A stretch of 64,000 bases of DNA from an uncultured bacterium (lineage in GTDB: Bacteria > Abyssobacteria > SURF-5), in the NCBI GenBank assembly GCA_964607485.1, contig CAZSKP010000002.1, positions 11,907 through 75,906 of the forward strand, given 5' to 3'. The position numbers and the translations under genes are program-made. Below the pieces are notes generated by a model. The model was not told the origin of the DNA and searched no databases. It was given only the letters and a program-made list of their open reading frames with translations. This document shows, piece after piece, positions 57,662 through 64,000 of this stretch (its first letter is position 1; every line of letters begins with the position of its first letter).

Positions 57662-59239
57662 CTATTCATATTCATCGGGTGAGACATAGAACGAGGATTC
57701 GGCGGCACAATTCGGATCAAAGGTCCTCTTAATCTTCTTCATGTATTTGACAAAATCCAGTGAATAGGGCAGCGCCGCCTTCAAAGCTGATTCTTCGAAA
57801 CTGAGAGCGTTTTCCAGACTGTTTATGCCCAGCCCCCATTCCACTATTTTCTTGTCGCCTTTTTCCAGAAGTTCGGACGTTCTCTTGCATGAAGCGGGGT
57901 CGGCCGGGTCGTACATCGTGAGAATCTCCACATGAGCGCCGCCGTCGCCGTAGACTACTCCCCATACGGGTTCCGCGCCCGTCTCCATAATCTGCCCGGA
58001 CTCCCTGGCCTCCTCGACAATCTCTTTTTCGGATAGCTGGGTCAACGTTGACAGCGCGTCCACGGCCTCATCGCCGACGGGTGAAATGATGAATGATCCC
58101 GTCGAACGAAACGCCGCCCTCGTCATTCCCTGCCCTGTTACCGAATTGTTGAATAGCAGGCCATGGATGTGGTCGTCGAAGGGGAAGACGGTTCCATCGA
58201 CCTTTTCCAGGATCAGCTGAAAACATTTCTTCCTGTACTCCATCTCTCGCGGAGAACTGGCATCAAGCAACACCATGGTACAGAACATGGGTGCTCTGCG
58301 CTGTTCTTCGGGAACGTTCTTCATCAGCTCCCAGAGTTCATCGTTCGATTCAGTCGCCAAGATTGCTCCAAGCGCCGGATGCAGCCGCTGAATGCTGAAC
58401 GCGATGGATTCTTCGACCAACAGATGGAAAAAATCATTCATCTTCTCCCGGCCCGGAAAGACCACGCAATACACCGAGAAATTCTCCGGTATCGCCATCC
58501 CATAGACGGGTGGTCCGCCCGTCGTTTGCAACTTCGGCGGGCCGTACCACGGGTAGAGTTTTGTGGCGACCTTTGTGAATATTCCCATTCCTCCGTTGGC
58601 ACCGCCGTAACCTCTCAGCACTCCTCGAAGGCTCGGCCCGGGACCGTCGCCGCTTATCCAGCCCGCCCCGGCCCCCAGAGAACCCAGCCGCAGGATGTCG
58701 CCGTCGGGCAACACCCATTCTGCGCCCAGAAGATTGCGTCCTCCAAAGTCGGTGCTGATGTTTGTCGGGCCGCTTCCGAAATGCGCCGCAGTCCCGGCAA
58801 GAACGGAAGCGCTCGGCCCGGCGCCGAGCATATTCGGGCGCAAGCCCACTTTCATGGTTTCGAGGAAAAGCCTCGCCTGCGATACATACGGTTCCACGAC
58901 TGCGAACCTGTTCTTGCGGTCGATCTCCACGATCCTGTTCATTCTCCTCATGTCAATAGGCAGAAACGGTTCCGACGAAGTCAGCGCGGACGTTTCGAAC
59001 CCGGTTGCGTGCGCCCTGTATCGCACCCCGAACCGATTGCACGCTTTCACGATGGCCTGAACTTCCTCGACGGTTTCCGGCAGCACAACGGCCGGCGGCC
59101 GCGGCGAAAATTTCCCCCCGAAGATGAGCTCGTTGGCCCAGACAAAACAATAGGTGTCCAGTATCTCAGGTTCCTGAGTGATGTATTCCGGCCCGACTAT
59201 GTCCTCCAACGCCCGGTAGGCTTCCTTGGATAGACTCAT
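57662..59239 (-). CDS. FAD-binding oxidoreductase (VAO/GlcD-like)
   Basis: VVLPETVEEVQAIV, DMRRMNRI, VEP, EWVLPDG, G.MGIFT, KRTFDP. Confidence 0.88.
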   Translation of the reverse strand: MSLSKEAYRALEDIVGPEYITQEPEILDTYCFVWANELIFGGKFSPRPPAVVLPETVEEVQAIVKACNRFGVRYRAHATGFETSALTSSEPFLPIDMRRMNRIVEIDRKNRFAVVEPYVSQARLFLETMKVGLRPNMLGAGPSASVLAGTAAHFGSGPTNISTDFGGRNLLGAEWVLPDGDILRLGSLGAGAGWISGDGPGPSLRGVLRGYGGANGGMGIFTKVATKLYPWYGPPKLQTTGGPPVYGMAIPENFSVYCVVFPGREKMNDFFHLLVEESIAFSIQRLHPALGAILATESNDELWELMKNVPEEQRRAPMFCTMVLLDASSPREMEYRKKCFQLILEKVDGTVFPFDDHIHGLLFNNSVTGQGMTRAAFRSTGSFIISPVGDEAVDALSTLTQLSEKEIVEEARESGQIMETGAEPVWGVVYGDGGAHVEILTMYDPADPASCKRTSELLEKGDKKIVEWGLGINSLENALSFEESALKAALPYSLDFVKYMKKIKRTFDPNCAAESSFYVSPDEYE

Positions 59240-59254
59240 TGCCCGTCTCCCTTT

Positions 59255-60529
59255 CTATAGTGCCCGTTCGACAAGCTCGACAATGTCATATACGTCGATC
59301 GTCGCGCCGGCCTTGGCTCTGGCGTCGATGAAGTTCCGCTTGCACCACGGACAAGCGCTGACGAGCGCTTTTGCTCCGACAGTTGTCGCCTCCTCAAGCC
59401 GTTTGGCCGCGGTCCACTCTGCAAAGTCCGGATACGCTTCCTTCACGCCGCCGCCGGCGCCGCAGCACCACGCGTATTCCCTGATACGGCTCATCTCGAC
59501 GAGGTTCAAGCCGGGAATACTCCGCAGGATGTTCCTTGGCGCTTCATAGACGCCGTTTGCCCCGCATCGTTTTTTCTTCGGCGGATCATGCACGACCATC
59601 TGCCCATTGACCTTGACGTTCTTACCCTCCCAATGTACCCAGGGCTCAGCCAATCTGCCCAAGTGGCAGGGATCGTGATACGTCACGGTCAACGGAACCC
59701 GCGTGGTCAGCTTCATCTTCCCTTCCTCTATCAGCCGAGCTATGAACTCCGTGATGTGCAATATTTCCACTGTACGCTTCTGGCCGGTCTTGTCGTAAAG
59801 GACTTTGAACGCCTGATAGCAGTCGGCGCAGGGAGTGACGACTGTCTTCACTCCGGCCACCTTCCAGGTGCCAGTGTTATGCTCGGCGTACTTCATCAGA
59901 TCGCCCGCGTAGCCCATTTCATAGCTTCGCCCGCCGCAGCAGGTTTCTTCTTTGCCCATGATGCCGACATCGACGCCGGCGTCCGCAAGAAGGGTCAGCC
60001 CGCTCCTCGCTGCCGGCCACAACTCCGTGTCAAACGAATATCTGCAACCGGCATGATACAAGACGTCGGCTTTCTCCTTTGTCAGGTTCTTGACCGCAAG
60101 TCCTTCGGCCCAGTTTCCCCTGTCCTCTTTCGACTCCTGCATCATGTTGTCCTCTTGCTTGAGGCCCTCAATGACCAGAGCGTGCTCGGGAATGACCTGG
60201 CCTTCCTCGATACACCTGAATCTGATCTCTTGCATGACTTCATAGGGCTCGAGGTCCCTTTCGACCTTGCACGACACATCGCACCCGCCGCACATCTGGC
60301 ACTGGTAGATCATGTTCAGAAACGTATCCCCGATGGACGTTCGTTCTTTGAGGAGCGACAGGCCCGCGATCTGTCGTCCACCGGCCGACCAGCCATGGAA
60401 GTTGTATCGTTCAATGCTTGGACATACCGTCAGGAAGCGCGAGTCGGACATGACCTGATGCGGCACCCACTTGCAGTATGAACATCGCGTGCATCGCATG
60501 ATGTCGTTTTCATAATTCTCTAGAGGCAT
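59255..60529 (-). CDS. Fe-S oxidoreductase with CCG domains (GlcF/HdrD-like)
   Basis: CTRCSYC...CP, CQMCGGCDVSC, ETCCGG, YHDPCHLGR, WCCGAGGG, ACPWC. Confidence 0.9.
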   Translation of the reverse strand: MPLENYENDIMRCTRCSYCKWVPHQVMSDSRFLTVCPSIERYNFHGWSAGGRQIAGLSLLKERTSIGDTFLNMIYQCQMCGGCDVSCKVERDLEPYEVMQEIRFRCIEEGQVIPEHALVIEGLKQEDNMMQESKEDRGNWAEGLAVKNLTKEKADVLYHAGCRYSFDTELWPAARSGLTLLADAGVDVGIMGKEETCCGGRSYEMGYAGDLMKYAEHNTGTWKVAGVKTVVTPCADCYQAFKVLYDKTGQKRTVEILHITEFIARLIEEGKMKLTTRVPLTVTYHDPCHLGRLAEPWVHWEGKNVKVNGQMVVHDPPKKKRCGANGVYEAPRNILRSIPGLNLVEMSRIREYAWCCGAGGGVKEAYPDFAEWTAAKRLEEATTVGAKALVSACPWCKRNFIDARAKAGATIDVYDIVELVERAL

Positions 60530-60560
60530 TTCCCTTCTCCTTATGGAGCTGAGCGGTGGT

Positions 60561-62024
60561 TTAGAAGCACAGCTTGCCCGGATTCATGATTCCATTGGGA
60601 TCGAAGATGTCTTTGAGCTTCTTCTGCATGATTACCGCCTGGGCCTCGCGGCCGTATGCGATTCGGGCCCATGAGCCGTAGGGGCGAGAGAAAAACGCGC
60701 CCATGCCGGCAAAGGTCTCGCCGCCTTCTTCAACAAATTGCTTCGCCTTATCCGCCTCTTGCCGGTCGCTGATGTCATAGCTCAAGCTGAACTCCAAGTG
60801 ACAGTTCGTTCCCTGCGTCGTCGGCTGAATATAGACGCCCAAATTTCCAGCCGAGAAACGGTATCTTCCAGCGAGCCTATATGCCGCATCGACAAACTCC
60901 GCGCACCGGTCAAGAGTCGTTATGAAGAAAATGTCGCTGCATCCTGCCCCACCTTTGAGCTTCCAGCCCGGGTCTGCGCAGGGTCGGGACAATGCCGCCG
61001 ATACATCTTCTGCGGTCGCCCCGGGAACGACGCTTTTCAATTCGAGTCCGCACGATTGAGCGACCTCAAGAGATTCCTCACGTTGATAGGCCACCTTCTC
61101 CTCGGGCAACAATCCCGCTCCATCAATGCCCAGCAGCAGAATCCACGCGGGCAGCTTCGCGCGCAGCGTTCCGATTTCCCCGCGGTCCTCTCCGAGGATC
61201 GAAGCCAGGTTGAAACCGCTCAGTATCAGCAGTTCTTCGCCCAGTCTCTTGTAACTAATCCTGTATGCCATTTCAATCAAGGGATCGACGTCGTCGGAGG
61301 GAACAAGGAACATCGACTTGATCTTAGGCAACGGCCTGCATCTGATGGTGGCCCATGTGACAATGCCCATGGTTCCCTGAGCGCCTTGAAGCAGCCTGGT
61401 GAAATCTACCTGCGACGGCCCCATTCCCCGTACCTGGGCGCGGCCGACCTCCCATTGTTCTTCTATCGAGCCCGGTCCGGCGGCCGACCCGGTCCGCATC
61501 AGGTCGCCGCAGCCGTACACCACTTCGACACACAGCAAGGGGTCCTGTGCTTCCCAGTGAAATCTGGGCGTGGTTATCGGAGTTCTCTCGAGAAAAGCCG
61601 TCACCACGGATTTCGAGCCGCGGGGAACGAGCGGCATCAGTGGCGCAAGCCCTTCCTTTTCCAATGCCGGAATCAGTTGGCCAAAAGTCACGCCGGGCTC
61701 AATCATGGCGACCCGGTTGCGCCTGTCGATGCGGATGACTCTTTTCATGCCGCCGAGGTCGACAATCACTGCCCCACCCGCGCCAGGCACCGTATCCCCA
61801 TAAGAATGGGGCGCGCCCGAACTCATTGGAACCAGCGGCGTGCGCGTTTCGTTCGCCCACCTGACTATGGCCTGCACTTCTTCGGCGTTCCCGGCCCTTA
61901 CGACCGACCGGGGCCTCACCCGGGGGGCAAAACTGAGGTCGCCGGAATGCTCTTTCAATATGTCTTTGTGTTCCAGCAGGTTTTCTGCGCCGACAATGCC
62001 CGCCAGGGCTTTGTTTTCAGACAT
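60561..62024 (-). CDS. FAD-binding oxidoreductase (VAO/GlcD/E-like)
   Basis: EEVQAIV, VDLGGMKR, IEPGVT, GAQGTMGIVT, FDPNGIMNPGK. Confidence 0.88.
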   Translation of the reverse strand: MSENKALAGIVGAENLLEHKDILKEHSGDLSFAPRVRPRSVVRAGNAEEVQAIVRWANETRTPLVPMSSGAPHSYGDTVPGAGGAVIVDLGGMKRVIRIDRRNRVAMIEPGVTFGQLIPALEKEGLAPLMPLVPRGSKSVVTAFLERTPITTPRFHWEAQDPLLCVEVVYGCGDLMRTGSAAGPGSIEEQWEVGRAQVRGMGPSQVDFTRLLQGAQGTMGIVTWATIRCRPLPKIKSMFLVPSDDVDPLIEMAYRISYKRLGEELLILSGFNLASILGEDRGEIGTLRAKLPAWILLLGIDGAGLLPEEKVAYQREESLEVAQSCGLELKSVVPGATAEDVSAALSRPCADPGWKLKGGAGCSDIFFITTLDRCAEFVDAAYRLAGRYRFSAGNLGVYIQPTTQGTNCHLEFSLSYDISDRQEADKAKQFVEEGGETFAGMGAFFSRPYGSWARIAYGREAQAVIMQKKLKDIFDPNGIMNPGKLCF

Positions 62025-62073
62025 GAACAGTCACCTTTCTCTCATATCCATCATCCCACTCACTATACATTGT

Positions 62074-62089
62074 AAAACTCATGAGTTTT
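62074..62089. promoter_or_regulatory. Perfect 16-bp palindrome, putative operator of the FAD/Fe-S/ETF operon
   Basis: AAAACTCATGAGTTTT lies between a minus-strand TTGACA (62122-62117) and the 62024 start codon. Confidence 0.6.
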
Positions 62090-62217
62090 CAAATATATAT
62101 CACACGATGCGCGATTTGTCAAGAAGAAAATCAAGGAGCATGGCCTCGCCAATATCACAGCATCATATCTTAACTCTATTAATATAATGATAATAGGACG
62201 CCAAATGGATTTTTGTC

Positions 62218-62246
62218 TTGACAACGCTAACTCTTTTGGATACAAT
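62218..62246 (+). promoter_or_regulatory. sigma70 promoter of the MerR-TetR regulator
   Basis: TTGACA, 17-nt spacer, TACAAT. Confidence 0.7.
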
Positions 62247-62308
62247 TTGGGCAAAGGCGCATGCAGCATACTGTATAGCAACTGCATGTCTATACTAAGG
62301 AGCATTAG

Positions 62309-63235
62309 ATGGTTCAAAGCATCGAAACCGGGCGGAACTGGATGCGGATAAAGGAACTGTCTGCAAGGGCCGGAGTCAGCCGGTACACCGTGCATCACTA
62401 CTTGAAGGCGGGGCTGCTTCCTCCGCCCTTGAAAACAGGCCGCACAATGTCCCTCTATAGCGAGGTGCACCTCGAATGTCTCAGGTTCATCCGCAAGCTG
62501 AGGGAAGAAGAGGGAATGCCGATAGCCGCCGTGCGCCAGGAGGTCAGGCTCCGCTTCGGCGATCATTGGAGAACCGCGGGGCAAGCAACATCGGGCCTCG
62601 ACGCAACCGATCGAAGCATCGGGCCAAGAGGAAGGCACCAGCGGCAGAGGATCGTCGAACGCGCCCTTGAGCTCTTTTCGGAAAGAGGGTATCACCGTAC
62701 ACACGTGAGCCACATCACCGATTCCCTGCGCATATCAAAAGCAACATTCTATCTTTACTTCGAAAACAAGCATGAACTTTTTGTCGCCGTTTTCGACTAT
62801 CTCATCCAAATCCTCACGCGCACCGAAGAGAAGATAGCCGATGAAACCGACGTGATCATACGCATGCGCGAACGAGCCCGCGCGTACTTCGCCTTCTACA
62901 AGAGATACCACAGAGTCTTCGACATCATCCGAGCGGAATCCATCGGGCATCAGGGTAAGCCCGAGCTGAGCATTCAGGCCATCTATCGAAAGATCATCGA
63001 CCCGGTGGCAAAAGATATTGAGAAAGCCCGGCAGGAAGGACTGGTGGCCGACGTTCCGGTGGATCCCGAACTCGCCAGCTACATGCTCGTGGGCTCCTTC
63101 GATTTCATATGCTATCGTCTCTTGATGGACGACAAGTACTCTCTTGACAAAATTCTGGACAATTTTGGGAAATCCCAACTGAGCTCGATGATTATCGGGC
63201 GGTCTGTTCAACCGGATTCCGGCAAGTCTGACTGA
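62309..63235 (+). CDS. MerR-HTH / TetR fusion regulator
   Basis: MRIKELSARAGVSRYTVHHYLKAGLLPPP (MerR), then IVERALELFSERGY...ISKATFYLYFENK (TetR); AAGGAG RBS. Confidence 0.9.
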   Translation: MVQSIETGRNWMRIKELSARAGVSRYTVHHYLKAGLLPPPLKTGRTMSLYSEVHLECLRFIRKLREEEGMPIAAVRQEVRLRFGDHWRTAGQATSGLDATDRSIGPRGRHQRQRIVERALELFSERGYHRTHVSHITDSLRISKATFYLYFENKHELFVAVFDYLIQILTRTEEKIADETDVIIRMRERARAYFAFYKRYHRVFDIIRAESIGHQGKPELSIQAIYRKIIDPVAKDIEKARQEGLVADVPVDPELASYMLVGSFDFICYRLLMDDKYSLDKILDNFGKSQLSSMIIGRSVQPDSGKSD

Positions 63236-63521
63236 GTTGGAGCGAAAGCGGGCATGCATACAGAGTCTTTTTCTGGTTTCGCAGGCCCATAAAGGTTAAC
63301 CCCTCCGCCCCCGCTCGACCGCTGACCATTCCTGATTCCAGAAATGTCTTGGAGCTCTGGGGCTATCAACAGGGAGTGCTTGCGGTTCCCTCGTCGTTTA
63401 TTTCGGGGATGGCTTGCATTTCGGCAAATAAACCGATATATTCAGCATGTCCCTCCTTTTCGATGTTCTCTTTGAAGATTAACCCCAGCGCGGCAAATTC
63501 GTGTGGTGAAGGAGAGTTGAG

Positions 63522-64000
63522 GTGGGATACAAGATAGGCATCGACGTTGGCGGCACGTTCACCGACCTGGTGTATACCGACGGGGCCGAATCAATCGGTG
63601 TCCTGAAGACGCCGACCACTCCGGAGAACCAAGCGATCGGCGTACTGTCGGGGCTCAGGAAAATCGCGTCCACCGAGGGGTTGGGGCTGGAGGAATTCCT
63701 GAAGCGCACCGAACTGATAGTGCATGGCACGACCGTCGCGACCAATACCATGCTGGAGTTTAACGGCGCCAGGACGGGACTCATCGCGACAAAAGGGTTC
63801 CGCGACGACATCGAAATAAGGCGCGGGTTCAAAGAGCGCATTTTCAATCCCCGCCATCCGGCGCCCACTCCGATTGCCCGCAGGAGGCACAGGCTCACGG
63901 TAAACGAGCGCATAGACCGCGAGGGAAAGGTGTTGGTTCCGCTCGATGAAGCCGAAGTCGCGCAGGCGGTGCGAAAGCTCAAACAGGCGGATGTGGAGTC
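63522..64000 (+). CDS. Hydantoinase/oxoprolinase family (HyuA-like) protein, truncated by window end
   Basis: GTG start; translates as MGYKIGIDVGGTFTD...KTPTTP...VHGTTVATN...GLIATKGFRD; absent from the ORF track because no stop is reached. Confidence 0.92.
   Translation, partial: MGYKIGIDVGGTFTDLVYTDGAESIGVLKTPTTPENQAIGVLSGLRKIASTEGLGLEEFLKRTELIVHGTTVATNTMLEFNGARTGLIATKGFRDDIEIRRGFKERIFNPRHPAPTPIARRRHRLTVNERIDREGKVLVPLDEAEVAQAVRKLKQADVE

Overview
A GC-rich bacterial chromosomal window, apparently from an anaerobe (glycyl radical enzyme, CCG/Fe-S oxidoreductases, multiheme cytochrome, B12 mutase, selenoprotein); taxonomy cannot be fixed from the sequence alone. From left to right: a duplicated transposase-like gene tail; SIS and BadF-kinase genes; an orphan gene behind a perfect sigma70 promoter; a five-gene signalling cluster ending in a sigma54 activator, followed by a consensus sigma54 promoter with no long ORF downstream (candidate sRNA); a 12-heme cytochrome c operon; assorted hydrolases and dehydrogenases; an XRE-PTS EIIA fusion plus a short zinc-ribbon gene; tRNA-Asn; two tandem PilT-family ATPases; an orphan integron-type cassette (methyltransferase + attC); an atypical glycyl radical enzyme with its activase; a TetR-headed catabolic cluster with a non-canonical SdhA/B-like pair; and an ETF-linked FAD/Fe-S oxidoreductase operon. 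The best candidate for an undescribed system is the co-oriented cluster at 46492-55703. It contains GntR, a divergent B12 mutase large subunit, a radical SAM-PDZ protein placed between the two mutase subunits, the B12-binding subunit, and a 531-aa selenoprotein that the ORF track splits at an in-frame UGA (D-U-G-S-C plus a SECIS-like hairpin). It continues with a ferredoxin:thioredoxin reductase-like protein, a metallohydrolase and an acyl-CoA dehydrogenase. Intergenic regions carry several families of palindromic repeats and MITE-like elements. Family assignments come from motif recognition by eye, not from database searches.
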